Made by a program: the position numbers and the translations under genes. DNA of 64,000 nucleotides from Bacteroidota bacterium (GTDB taxonomy: Bacteria; Bacteroidota; Bacteroidia; Bacteroidales; UBA12077), in contig JAHLLG010000002.1 of assembly GCA_020444275.1 (NCBI GenBank), forward strand, positions 938,406 through 1,002,405. The letters run 5' to 3'. Position 1 is the stretch's first letter, and every line of letters begins with the position of its first letter. Below are positions 39,206 to 49,446 of the stretch, piece by piece. Below the pieces are notes generated by a model that was given only the letters and a program-made list of their open reading frames with translations, was not told the origin of the DNA and made no database searches.

Positions 39206-39928
39206 TTATCCAAATACTTTCTTTAGCAAATCTGTTACTCTTGCAGCAGGATCTTTTCTAATCTGTTTTTCTTCCTTAGCAATCTGCACAAATAATCCAT
39301 CAATCGCTTTGTTGGTCACATAATCATCCAGATCAGGATTAACATCTTTCACAAATGGTAGTTTATTATAATAGGTAAAGACAGAATTCCAGTGCTTTGT
39401 AGCTCCGACCTTATCTAAAGACTTTTTGATAATTGGTTTAAACTTTTCAACCAATTGAGTTCGTGTATGATTTTCAAGATATACTGTTGCTGCATTCTCT
39501 TCTCCATTTAAAATATTCATCACATCTCGTAAGGTTAAATCTTTTATTGCTGTAACAAAAATATCTTTTGCTTCACTTGCAGCATCTTCTGCAGCGTGAT
39601 TCATAGATTCAATCGCATCATCGACCATTTTATCCTGTCCCAACATCCGAAGTTTATCCTCCACTTGTTTCGCTTCATCAGGCATTGGAATTTTTATTTC
39701 AGGATCTTTAAAATACCCATCTACTTTTGAAACACGATCTACACCCTTTTCAATTCCAATAGTAAGTGCTTCTTTTAACCCTCTGGCAACCTCTTGTTCG
39801 GTTAATTCTGATGTTTTATCATCATCTAAAACATCGTCTGCTGCCTTTTTAATGTTTTTCCAAATTTGAGCTTGCGATTGCCCAACCACAAACATTGCAA
39901 CTACCAATAATCCAATATATTTTTTCAT
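39206..39928 (-). CDS. DUF4197-family exported protein
   Basis: GLKEAL, MNHAAEDA, AIDGLF and IRKDPAARVTDLLKKVFG motifs. Confidence 0.9.
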   Translation of the reverse strand: MKKYIGLLVVAMFVVGQSQAQIWKNIKKAADDVLDDDKTSELTEQEVARGLKEALTIGIEKGVDRVSKVDGYFKDPEIKIPMPDEAKQVEDKLRMLGQDKMVDDAIESMNHAAEDAASEAKDIFVTAIKDLTLRDVMNILNGEENAATVYLENHTRTQLVEKFKPIIKKSLDKVGATKHWNSVFTYYNKLPFVKDVNPDLDDYVTNKAIDGLFVQIAKEEKQIRKDPAARVTDLLKKVFG

Positions 39929-39942
39929 ATTATTTGTTTTAA

Positions 39943-40764
39943 TTACATAACCCTGATACCCTGCTCACTTAGACTATCTTTTAAATACGTATATTTTAGA
40001 TTATAGAAATCTAATAACTCCTTATTGCCTAAGTTTTCAAAATACGATTTACTTATTCGATAAAAATTAACTTTATCTTGCCAATAAATTTGATATTCTT
40101 TTAATATATCATTATTAGAATTAAAAATATTTTCTGCCTCTTCCATTCTATTAAAATCAATATAACATTCTAATAGATCATTATTTACACCAAAAACTCT
40201 CTTGTTTTGATTTATTGACACAAAAAACTTTTTATTTAAATTCAAATAATAGATACATGAATCTAATTTATGTTCCTGTTTATATATTAAGCCTAAATTA
40301 CGATATGATACAGCTTCACCTGCTTTAAAACCTTTGGATTTAAATAGAAAGATTGCCTTTTTTATATTTGATTTAGCTTCTCTAAATAACCCTAAATCAC
40401 TTTGGATTAAACCAAGGTATTTTATTATATTGGCCTCAGCCAAAGTATCTTGCTCAAGATTCCACAAATTGATTGATTTAACAGCAAAATCCTGTGCTTG
40501 TTGGGGATTATTCAGTTTTTCATAATAGGCAAAACAAATATTTTGAAAGCAAAGTGCTACATTACGATTATCATTAAACTGTTTATAGATTTGAGCTGCA
40601 CTATCATTGTATGCAATACATTTAACCGGATTTGAATCATAATATGTGTAACCCAAATTTTTTAAAGAATCAGCTGAAACTATAGTCTTCTGATGAGCAG
40701 CTTCTGCTTTACCCGAAAATATTAAAATCATTAAAATGATAAAATTAAATGAGCGTTCCTTCAT
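39943..40764 (-). CDS. Exported TPR-repeat protein
   Basis: Signal peptide; TPR-like KYLGLI and YRNLGLIY; no output domain. Confidence 0.7.
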   Translation of the reverse strand: MKERSFNFIILMILIFSGKAEAAHQKTIVSADSLKNLGYTYYDSNPVKCIAYNDSAAQIYKQFNDNRNVALCFQNICFAYYEKLNNPQQAQDFAVKSINLWNLEQDTLAEANIIKYLGLIQSDLGLFREAKSNIKKAIFLFKSKGFKAGEAVSYRNLGLIYKQEHKLDSCIYYLNLNKKFFVSINQNKRVFGVNNDLLECYIDFNRMEEAENIFNSNNDILKEYQIYWQDKVNFYRISKSYFENLGNKELLDFYNLKYTYLKDSLSEQGIRVM

Positions 40765-41250
40765 TTATTCACCTTCTTTGTAATTATCCACCTCACCTAG
40801 TCTGATCCATTTACCATCTTCTCGTTCGTATAAGGTAATCCAGGCATAGGTATAATCCATCTTGTTAACAGAATCATTTTCTAATTGTTGCTCACCTACT
40901 AAACGAACCTGCACTATGGTCCAGCCTAATGATCCATCATCTGAAACTTTTACCATCGGTTCGCGCAGATCATCATATCTTTCGAATTCTGTGCTGTTTA
41001 AATAATGGGTAAACATGCTATGAATTTCCTCTTTTGTAGGATGAAGAAATTCACCATCATGAACCTGAAAATAGTCTTCTGAAATATCGCGTACAAAGAA
41101 CTCTACATTTTTATTTAAGTGAGCATCTAATGTTTCCTGATGTAAATCGAGAAGTTCCTGTTCAAGTTTTTTCTTATCTAATTTTTGTTGACATGCGAAA
41201 GAAAACAGGCTAATTAAGCCAATTGTAATCAAAAATTTTATTTTATACAT
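40765..41250 (-). CDS. NTF2/SnoaL-like (DUF4440-type) lipoprotein
   Basis: FAC lipobox; VSDDGSLGW and YEREDGKWI motifs. Confidence 0.75.
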   Translation of the reverse strand: MYKIKFLITIGLISLFSFACQQKLDKKKLEQELLDLHQETLDAHLNKNVEFFVRDISEDYFQVHDGEFLHPTKEEIHSMFTHYLNSTEFERYDDLREPMVKVSDDGSLGWTIVQVRLVGEQQLENDSVNKMDYTYAWITLYEREDGKWIRLGEVDNYKEGE

Positions 41251-41260
41251 ATTTCGTATT

Positions 41261-41566
41261 TTATCTGTTTCTTCTTCTTTTCTTACCTTCGGCTCCTTTA
41301 CTACCTAAAATTCCCCAACCACCGCTTCCAAGAATAAATCCGAAAGCATACCAGGCTCCATTATTATTTTGCGCATAAACAGTAACATCATCGCGAAACA
41401 ACATCGCAATTAAATCAAAAGGTGCAATTATTCCATGCCATAATCCACCCCAGAAACCATAGGAGTGTCCGGTTAAGCATTCGTCAACAATTTCTTTGTT
41501 TGCACATGATGTTATTAACACAACAACCAATAAACTTACGATTAAATATAGATGCTTCCTTTTCAT
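41261..41566 (-). CDS. Small hypothetical membrane lipoprotein
   Basis: ITSC lipobox; GFWGGLWHG and NNGAWYAFGF segments; basic tail. Confidence 0.75.
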   Translation of the reverse strand: MKRKHLYLIVSLLVVVLITSCANKEIVDECLTGHSYGFWGGLWHGIIAPFDLIAMLFRDDVTVYAQNNNGAWYAFGFILGSGGWGILGSKGAEGKKRRRNR

Positions 41567-41630
41567 TTCTTTTATTATTTAACAAACAATAAATACAAGT
41601 TTTAAAATTATATCGACTTTAACAAATGAA

Positions 41631-42389
41631 TTATTTTGTGCATTTAAAAATCATCTCACGATTTCCATCTCCCAATCGGTATCTATTTACAATATCTTGG
41701 CCTAATTGTTTTCGATAATCAACTGTTTCAACTGTAAACCCTGGCTTAGCCAAACGTTCTTCAAAATCTGTACCATGTAAGCGGTATAAATCAAATTCAC
41801 CATAATGCTTTAATCTTTCCTCAGGTGATTTTATGGAATGGTTTTCATACGTTTTTTCCAACTCTTTATTAATTAAGGTCATTATTAAAGCGTAACCATT
41901 TTTTGAAAGAACCCGATATAATTCTTGAATTGCCTTTCGCTCGTCAGGGATGTGCCCTAATACATGAGAGCAAATAACTAAATCGAAATAATTGTCGGGA
42001 TAAGGAATTTGAGTAATATCGATAACATGCGAGGCATAAGCAGGATCAATGTCGCCATCAATATACTCTATATTTAAGCTATGTAACTTTTGATATAAAC
42101 AGTTTTCTGGTGCCACATGAAGCACTTTAAGATTTTTAGTAAATATGTCGGTCTCTTTCTCTAAATAAAAAAGTAATAGTCGGTTTCTTTCCAATGAATC
42201 GCAACGTGGGCATCTAACATTTTTTCGTCTCACATTCCCTTTATCCAGAAATTTGCGAAATGATTTGCCACAACAATTACATGTGTAGTTTTCACCATAA
42301 TACACTGGAGATATGGCTTTTTGAACACTCAACCTCAGGTGTATTCTTTGTTTTTCAGGAATAATTTTTTTGTATAGCAATTTTATCAT
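41631..42389 (-). CDS. Class I SAM-dependent methyltransferase with N-terminal zinc ribbon
   Basis: CNCC...CPRC, LHVAPE, FDLVICSHVL and ELYRVL motifs. Confidence 0.88.
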   Translation of the reverse strand: MIKLLYKKIIPEKQRIHLRLSVQKAISPVYYGENYTCNCCGKSFRKFLDKGNVRRKNVRCPRCDSLERNRLLLFYLEKETDIFTKNLKVLHVAPENCLYQKLHSLNIEYIDGDIDPAYASHVIDITQIPYPDNYFDLVICSHVLGHIPDERKAIQELYRVLSKNGYALIMTLINKELEKTYENHSIKSPEERLKHYGEFDLYRLHGTDFEERLAKPGFTVETVDYRKQLGQDIVNRYRLGDGNREMIFKCTK

Positions 42390-43381
42390 TTTCTCTTAAC
42401 CTTATTTTTTCCCAGAAACGATTTCATAATAAAATAGACATACTGATGCCGAATAATACTTCTTGCAATTTTTAACGATTTCTCCATAGGAATTCGATGC
42501 ATATGAAATCTGCTTATATCCTCTTTCAAACCAGATATGCCGAAAGACAATTTACAGTTCTCCTGTTTATGTAACCAAGATAAAAGTTCTGCATTCACTC
42601 TTTCGTCGCCAAAGGGAAACGAAAAATATCTTTCCTGTATATTAAATCTTTCCTCTAAATCATTAAAGCTTTTAACGATTTGGTCTTGCTGCTGTTTGCT
42701 TTTAATATGTTTAAAAAAAGGATGATCCAAACTGTGCGATCCAATTGCAAATCCTTGCTTTATCAAATCCTTTATTTCATTGGATGATAAATAAGGTTTA
42801 TTATTTTTAAGGTATTCTTTAAAATCTAATCCTATTATTTTTGCAATATCCTCAATTTTTTGAATGTCTTTATAGGTCATTGACAGAAGCACTTTTTCCA
42901 GATGATTATTATCGATAAATGACACGCTTAGTATTTTACCCAGTTCATCTAGTAATGTTTTATTCTGAATGCTATTTAACTCTTTAACTATCAAGCCAAT
43001 TTTATATCGATAAAACAGATCTTTATTATCAATAAAGTTATTATTCACAAAAACAGTAGCTGGTATTCCTTTTCTCTTCAGTATTGGAGCAACTATTGAA
43101 TAAAATTCTTTTAAACCATCATCGAAGCTGATATGAAAAACCGGTTTACGAATAAATTTGCCTTTCTGAACTATTTCGTATAATTGATTAATAGAAACCG
43201 GCTCATAAAATCTGCTAAAAAAATCCAGGTCTCGTTCAAAAGTTTTCACATCCCGAACTGCATATAAATTACCAATAAAATGTAATGGTGTGTTAGATAC
43301 CGTATGATAAAAAGGTAAAATTATTTTTCTGTTTGTTATATGTATTAATCGTTTTATCAAAATTTGAATGCTTTTCTGCAT
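42386..43381 (-). CDS. Polysaccharide deacetylase (NodB/CE4-like)
   Basis: PFYH, SFDDG, GSHSLDH and FSFPFG motifs. Confidence 0.88.
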   Translation of the reverse strand: MQKSIQILIKRLIHITNRKIILPFYHTVSNTPLHFIGNLYAVRDVKTFERDLDFFSRFYEPVSINQLYEIVQKGKFIRKPVFHISFDDGLKEFYSIVAPILKRKGIPATVFVNNNFIDNKDLFYRYKIGLIVKELNSIQNKTLLDELGKILSVSFIDNNHLEKVLLSMTYKDIQKIEDIAKIIGLDFKEYLKNNKPYLSSNEIKDLIKQGFAIGSHSLDHPFFKHIKSKQQQDQIVKSFNDLEERFNIQERYFSFPFGDERVNAELLSWLHKQENCKLSFGISGLKEDISRFHMHRIPMEKSLKIARSIIRHQYVYFIMKSFLGKNKVKRK

Positions 43382-43382
43382 T

Positions 43383-43416
43383 AAAAAATGTCATACTTCA
43401 TTTTTAGTATGACATT
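43383..43416 (-). terminator. Terminator hairpin after 43440..44597
   Basis: AATGTCATACT-N8-AGTATGACATT plus A-tract. Confidence 0.7.
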
Positions 43417-43439
43417 CCATTTTATATATAAAAGTAACT

Positions 43440-44597
43440 CTATCTTTCTAAGGTTTTATAATAATCGTCTAAAATCCTGGTCATCATAGGAAGGTAAAAT
43501 TGCCAGTAAAACTTATCCGTATTATTGTAATTATCTCTTGAAAATATAGAAATTAAATTATGGTATCCTTCAAAAAAGGCCGTTTTATTAGGTATATCAT
43601 TTTCTGCAAAGTCGCCACCAAAATAGTAAAATTTATAATCTTTTGTATGTTCTATTACAGCAGGAAATACAGGTTTTAAATTATATTTTCGCATTATAGA
43701 ATCGCCTTTTGCATTTACGTGGATAGTAAAATTCGCAAGTATATCGTCTTTGTTTTCAGCAAAAGTAATATCGAACCATTGTGGATAATATGTATACTCT
43801 GGAACACCAAATCTTTCCATCATACTTTGTGATGCATTTATTACAGGTATTTCCTCTGTTAAATGTGTTTCCAGTTCTAGCACTGTAATTGTTCCAAATT
43901 TATGAACCAAAACAATACCGGCCTTTTTAAATGGCCACTTGTGATTATTTTGTTCCATATATAAGTTTACTATCCATTGTGGAAAATTTTTACCTTTGGC
44001 CGTATCAAGACTTGAAAAATATTTTCCTGTCCAGCCACTCCAGTTTAAATCAAATAGTGTTTCAACCTTTTCACGAATTAATCCATTTGTTGGAGCGTTG
44101 TATAGGTTAAATTCAGTAATGATAAGCTTTTTACGTTCTTTCATCTCCTTTAAAAGCAAGTAATCATTTTGGTTAAGTCCTCCATACACTTTCTGCGTAT
44201 GCTTAACATCTTCTGTACCCCGCTTATACCATTCGTTATAATATACACCATAGGTGTCGGCATAATACAGCATATCATAATCTGTGGCAATATCATCGAT
44301 TTCATGAATTCGCACACTTCTGAAGTCGAATTCTTGCGATTTGCTATGAATTGGAAAAAAACCATAATAATCCTGATCTATATCGTATAAATCTCCATTG
44401 GGTTTAACGTATCTATTATGGTTTAGAATCCAGTTAAATGATTTGTGCTCAGTTCTTTCTAAAGTTGGCACCGTTTTATCTAAAATATATACTTGAATAG
44501 GTTTTTCATCTTTTAGATACCACGACAACCAGCTACCAAGAAGTATTATTAGTAATGCACCAACAATAATTATCGGAATAAGGATCTTTTTATTCAT
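43440..44597 (-). CDS. Conserved hypothetical membrane-anchored protein
   Basis: N-terminal TM; ILDKTVP, YYADTYGVY, WSGWTGKYF and YYFGGDF blocks; function not recognised. Confidence 0.7.
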   Translation of the reverse strand: MNKKILIPIIIVGALLIILLGSWLSWYLKDEKPIQVYILDKTVPTLERTEHKSFNWILNHNRYVKPNGDLYDIDQDYYGFFPIHSKSQEFDFRSVRIHEIDDIATDYDMLYYADTYGVYYNEWYKRGTEDVKHTQKVYGGLNQNDYLLLKEMKERKKLIITEFNLYNAPTNGLIREKVETLFDLNWSGWTGKYFSSLDTAKGKNFPQWIVNLYMEQNNHKWPFKKAGIVLVHKFGTITVLELETHLTEEIPVINASQSMMERFGVPEYTYYPQWFDITFAENKDDILANFTIHVNAKGDSIMRKYNLKPVFPAVIEHTKDYKFYYFGGDFAENDIPNKTAFFEGYHNLISIFSRDNYNNTDKFYWQFYLPMMTRILDDYYKTLER

Positions 44598-44715
44598 CTT
44601 TCTTTAAGCAATTTAGGGTTCGTTTTTTCGATTAACGAACTCTAAATATACAAATTTTATGGTAATTACTAAAGATGTTGATGCGTTTTGATCTTGTACA
44701 GCAATTTACAATTGA

Positions 44716-46725
44716 TCAATTATTAATTAATTCAAAAGCCTCCTGAACTGATCCCACAGGTTTTTGACAAACGTTATTCTGACAAACATAGATTGTGGGT
44801 TTAACAGTTGCATAACGGTTTTCAAGCAATGGTAGCTTGTCTGATTTTCCACCTGCTAATAATATGTTAGGCAAATATTTAGAAGAAAACTTTTCTCTAA
44901 TTTTATGCACGTGCTTACCTAAAATACACACCTCGTATGGCTTATAAATAAACTGAATCATCAAATCAAACCAGTTTCCAAAAAATGCTGGACTTTTTAG
45001 CATTTTCCCTTTAACATTTATAAGCATCTGCTCTGCTTTTTGAATATAATCCTTATTAATGAAAAAGTGCCCGAGTTTAAATAAATTCTGTGCCATTACC
45101 GAATTCGATGAAGGAATTACATTATCATTGATCTCAACTGATTTAGCTATTAACTGTTCCTCCTTAGATGATGTATAATAGAACATGGAAGAATTTGAAT
45201 CATAAAAATGTTCTATTACAAAATCGCTCATATTCTTAGCTAAATCAATATACTTTTCATTAAATGTGGCCTGGTAAAGTTCAATTAAAGCATCAATAAA
45301 CAACGCATAATCATCGAGAAAGGCATGAATAGTAGCTTTCCCATTTTTATAATTACGATATAAGCTAAAATCCTTTTGTATCAGATTCTTTTCAATAAAA
45401 TCGAAATTATGTTCAGCTATTTCCAAATACTTTGTATCATGCAACGCACTATAAGCTTTTACATAAGCTTTAAGCATTAAGGCATTCCACGATGTTAAGA
45501 TTTTATCATCTAATGAAGGTTTTACTCTTTGTTCTCGAAAATCAAATAGTGTCTTCTTTGAATCTTCAGTTATCGAATGTAACTGATCAATTGAAATGTT
45601 ATATTGATCTGCCAGTTCTTTCTTGTTCTTAGAAATCGTCAGAATATTCTTTCCTTCCCAATTCCCTTTTTCTGAAATACCATATAACTCCGTGAAGATT
45701 TCTGAATGCTCTTGTAACAAATGATCGACTTCTTCTTTCTGCCATACATAAAATTTCCCTTCTTCACCATCACTATCTGCATCGTATGAGGAGTAAAAAC
45801 CACCTTCCGGCGACAGCATATCTCGTTCTACAAAACCAAGTGTTTCCTGTATCACATTTTTATAATCCTGATTCTGATCTAACTTGTATGCATCAGCATA
45901 TAGACTTACCAGTTGAGCATTATCGTACAACATTTTTTCGAAATGTGGCACTAACCATTGCTTATCGACACTGTAACGCGCAAATCCTCCTCCCAAATGA
46001 TCATAAATACCACCTTCAGCCATTTTCTGTAGTGAAAGCTTTACATGCTTTATCACATCTTTATCTCCTGTATGATAATAATACCTTAGTAAAGGTAAAT
46101 AACTAACCGGTAAAGGAAACTTTGGTGCTCCCCAGGTTCCACCATTAGTATGATCAAAATTCTTACGCAATTGTATCACTGAATTTATTACATTTTCAAA
46201 AGAAAAATCAGAATCTTCTTTGATCGGAATTATTTCATTTATCTGACTTATTCCCTTTTTCAAATCATCAGCGGCGCTATTAAACTTTTCGGGTGTTGTT
46301 TTATAACTCATTACCAAATTTTCCAATACATATTTCCACTGATCGGGCTTAAAATAAGTGCCTCCGTAAACAGGTGATCCGTCGGGTAATGCAAAGCAAT
46401 TTAATGGCCATCCGCCATTTCCGGTTATTATTTGAACGGCGTTCATGTATATCATGTCAATATCAGGTCGTTCTTCTCTATCAACCTTAATACTTACATA
46501 ATTTTCATTCATTATTTTAGCAATCTCTTCATTTTCGAACGATTCTTCTTCCATAACATGACACCAGTGACATGCAGAATAACCAATACTTATAAGCAAA
46601 AGTTTATTTTCCTTTTTTGCTTTATTTAATGCTTCTTCACCCCATGGATACCAGTTTACCGGATTTTTAGCATGTTGTAACAGATACGGACTGGTTTCGT
46701 GTATTAAATGATTTGTATTTTTCAT
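44716..46725 (-). CDS. Thioredoxin-domain protein, YyaL/SSP411 family
   Basis: [20 protein letters not shown] and [12 protein letters not shown] motifs. Confidence 0.93.
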   Translation of the reverse strand: MKNTNHLIHETSPYLLQHAKNPVNWYPWGEEALNKAKKENKLLLISIGYSACHWCHVMEEESFENEEIAKIMNENYVSIKVDREERPDIDMIYMNAVQIITGNGGWPLNCFALPDGSPVYGGTYFKPDQWKYVLENLVMSYKTTPEKFNSAADDLKKGISQINEIIPIKEDSDFSFENVINSVIQLRKNFDHTNGGTWGAPKFPLPVSYLPLLRYYYHTGDKDVIKHVKLSLQKMAEGGIYDHLGGGFARYSVDKQWLVPHFEKMLYDNAQLVSLYADAYKLDQNQDYKNVIQETLGFVERDMLSPEGGFYSSYDADSDGEEGKFYVWQKEEVDHLLQEHSEIFTELYGISEKGNWEGKNILTISKNKKELADQYNISIDQLHSITEDSKKTLFDFREQRVKPSLDDKILTSWNALMLKAYVKAYSALHDTKYLEIAEHNFDFIEKNLIQKDFSLYRNYKNGKATIHAFLDDYALFIDALIELYQATFNEKYIDLAKNMSDFVIEHFYDSNSSMFYYTSSKEEQLIAKSVEINDNVIPSSNSVMAQNLFKLGHFFINKDYIQKAEQMLINVKGKMLKSPAFFGNWFDLMIQFIYKPYEVCILGKHVHKIREKFSSKYLPNILLAGGKSDKLPLLENRYATVKPTIYVCQNNVCQKPVGSVQEAFELINN

Positions 46726-46782
46726 TGTTATGCTGAAATAAGTTTATTTCCATAACAAGTAACATTGAGATATGTTTACAAT

Positions 46783-48123
46783 CTAGTACTTTATCAGCAT
46801 TTCTACAGTATGCTGTTTAAGGTAAGTGCGGATTATTTGCTGTACGTCTCTATTATCAGGATAAACTTTTATGGCATCCGAAAGATTTTCTATATCGTTT
46901 CCAATGCAATCTGCATCGATATAACCAAATCCTATGAATTTACCATGCTCTATTTTAACTACAGATTTTTCATTGTCATTTCTACCAGTATCGACAATAA
47001 AAAAGTTTTGCCAGTTATATGAAAGTTCATCTAACATTTGCTGTACTCTTGTATTATATTTTTCGGGCTGCTCCTTCTGAATGCAAGCTCCCATACAATG
47101 ATTTATCTGATAGTAAAAACACGCTCCGGCCGATTCATATAAACCACACAATTTTTGGCAAAGCTGATACTTTTCTGAAAGAACATACATCCTTTCACGA
47201 GCTTCTTTTGCCGAATTAAACGCTACAACCGGAGTTTCTTTCTTAACATCGTCTACTTTAAAACATATATATCCGTGTGAATCGGTATATGGAAATATTC
47301 CATAATGATTTATAGCACGCCGTTGTCTTTTATTGTATTTAGGTTTCTGTGTTTTAATTTCATCCGATTCTAATAAAAGAGCAACCAATTCGCTACCGGT
47401 TAATTCATACGAAACATCGTGTATTTCATCAATCATTCTTAGTGCCCGATCCGATTTCTCGTTACTGAAGTGTGAAAACACACGGGTTCTTATATTTTTG
47501 CTTTTCCCAATATAAATGATCTCACCATTATGATCATGAAAATAATAGACTCCCGGTTCATCAGGCAGATTTTTAATAATATCGGCACTAATATTATAAA
47601 ACATGCTTGAATTTATGCCACCAAGCGATGGACTAATTTCCAGCAAATGCTCAAACAGTTTTACTGTTGCCAATGCATCACCAGCAGCTCTGTGTCTTCC
47701 GTCTAATGGTATTCCTAATGAACTGCAAAGTTTTCCTAAACTATACGATTTATGATTAGGAATAATCCGTCTGCTTAACTTAACAGTACATAATCGGTCT
47801 CTTTTAAACGTATATCCTAAACTTTTAAATTCGTTTCGAATAAAGTTATAATCGAACGAAGCATTGTGAGCAACAATCGACTTTCCCTCTGTAAGAATCA
47901 CAATATCTTTTGCAATTTCCCAAAATTTTGGAGCATCCTGCACCATATCATTGTTTATACCTGTTAAGCGAGTTATGTTGAACGGAATAGTCTGTTCCGG
48001 ATTAACCAGTGTTGAATATTCCTCGACAATCTCTTTACCATTATGAATAAAGATTGCGATTTCAATGATTTTATCTCGTACAGGGCTTAAACCAGTAGTT
48101 TCAATATCCAGAATTGCATACAT
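46783..48123 (-). CDS. DEDDh 3'-5' exonuclease (DnaQ-like) fused to a GIY-YIG (UvrC-like) nuclease
   Basis: DIETTG, HNASFD, HRAAGDA and GVYYF...IYIGKS motifs. Start moved to ATG 48123 because the track start at 48192 lies inside a terminator. Confidence 0.9.
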   Translation of the reverse strand: MYAILDIETTGLSPVRDKIIEIAIFIHNGKEIVEEYSTLVNPEQTIPFNITRLTGINNDMVQDAPKFWEIAKDIVILTEGKSIVAHNASFDYNFIRNEFKSLGYTFKRDRLCTVKLSRRIIPNHKSYSLGKLCSSLGIPLDGRHRAAGDALATVKLFEHLLEISPSLGGINSSMFYNISADIIKNLPDEPGVYYFHDHNGEIIYIGKSKNIRTRVFSHFSNEKSDRALRMIDEIHDVSYELTGSELVALLLESDEIKTQKPKYNKRQRRAINHYGIFPYTDSHGYICFKVDDVKKETPVVAFNSAKEARERMYVLSEKYQLCQKLCGLYESAGACFYYQINHCMGACIQKEQPEKYNTRVQQMLDELSYNWQNFFIVDTGRNDNEKSVVKIEHGKFIGFGYIDADCIGNDIENLSDAIKVYPDNRDVQQIIRTYLKQHTVEMLIKY

Positions 48124-48178
48124 AGTACAAAAATGCAAATAATAGATCACATTCGGTATATCGATTATAAAAATAGAT

Positions 48179-48207
48179 AAAAAAACCTGCACGATAATGC
48201 AGGTTTT
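48179..48207 (-). terminator. Terminator of the DHOD-like gene
   Basis: AAAACCTGCA-N6-TGCAGGTTTT plus A-tract. Confidence 0.75.
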
Positions 48208-48228
48208 GTAGTTATTGTAAAGTAAATT

Positions 48229-49227
48229 TTATACGACTAATCCTTTTCCCGAGAAATACTTCATAAACTGCATTCGCTCATAAGCTGCCGGATTCTGTGC
48301 TTTATCCTGACTCATTTTTCCTCTAAAATCATCCAATGTTTTATACCCTTTTTCATCCATCCAAATGGACACTTCACTTAACATATTCTTGATTATTCCT
48401 TTTCCGTTTTTGTAAAAAGCCGATGCAATTTCTACCACATTAGCTCCAGCCAATATCTGTTTAATAATAGCTGCACCATCGTGAATACCTGTTGAAGCCG
48501 CCAGATCACATCCTACACGATTATGCATAATACCAATCCATCGCAATGGCGTAGCCAATTCAGCTGGTGTACTAGTTACATTGGTCGAGAGTAGCTCCAG
48601 TTTATCAATATCGATATCGGGACTATAAAAGCGGTTAAATAACACCAAACCATCAATACCTGAGTTTGATAAATTCTGAATAAACTTGCCCAAGTTGGAA
48701 GAGTAGTAACTAATCTTTAACGAAACAGGTATTTTAACAATCTTTTTAACCTTCTCTACTATCTCAAAATATACCTTTTCATTTTCTTTATCAGACTTTT
48801 CCAAATCAGATGGCATAATAAAAACGTTAAGTTCCAGCGCATCCGCACCAGCGTCTTGTAATGTTTCGGCATAATATGGCCACTTTTCAGAAGTCATACA
48901 ATTTATACTTGCAATAATAGGAATATCAACGGCTTTTTTAGACTCTCTGATTAATCGCAAATAATTTGTTAACGAATCATCTTCAGCATAATTATCATAA
49001 TAATCCAATGTTTCCGGATACAGAGAAGTTTCCATATTCATCACATCCATATCTTTTTCAAGTTCTCTGCGAATTTCTTCTTCGAATATTGATTTTAAAA
49101 CAATTGCCCCTGCACCATTCTCCGCAAATTCCTTAATATCTTCAACTGAATTTGTTAACCCGGAACTTGCAGCAATAACAGGATTTTTGAGCTTTAGTCC
49201 CATGTAACTTGTACTTAAGTTTGCCAT
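48229..49227 (-). CDS. Dihydroorotate dehydrogenase-like flavoprotein
   Basis: LKNPVIAASS, LKSIFEEEI, LFNRFYSPD and YERMQFM motifs; lacks the SCPN catalytic Cys. Confidence 0.85.
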   Translation of the reverse strand: MANLSTSYMGLKLKNPVIAASSGLTNSVEDIKEFAENGAGAIVLKSIFEEEIRRELEKDMDVMNMETSLYPETLDYYDNYAEDDSLTNYLRLIRESKKAVDIPIIASINCMTSEKWPYYAETLQDAGADALELNVFIMPSDLEKSDKENEKVYFEIVEKVKKIVKIPVSLKISYYSSNLGKFIQNLSNSGIDGLVLFNRFYSPDIDIDKLELLSTNVTSTPAELATPLRWIGIMHNRVGCDLAASTGIHDGAAIIKQILAGANVVEIASAFYKNGKGIIKNMLSEVSIWMDEKGYKTLDDFRGKMSQDKAQNPAAYERMQFMKYFSGKGLVV

Positions 49228-49446
49228 AATTTTTATGTTTTTAGTTTTTGAAATATAAAGTTATTATGAATTAATGCTAATGTCAATGTTTTATACTTTG
49301 ATTGTACTGTTTGTTAGTTAACAGTACCCGCCAAAAAATGTTCATCACCATAATTAATTAAATAGTAGAGTGGTTTTATACATTAATCAAAATAACGTGC
49401 TATTATCTATTGATTAATTTGCACTTAATTAAAAATATCAGGAATT

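Noticed and set aside
46783-48123. GIY-YIG domain as a homing endonuclease or mobile element
   Set aside because: The DnaQ + UvrC-like fusion is a common Bacteroidota repair protein, and there is no intron, intein or flanking repeat context.
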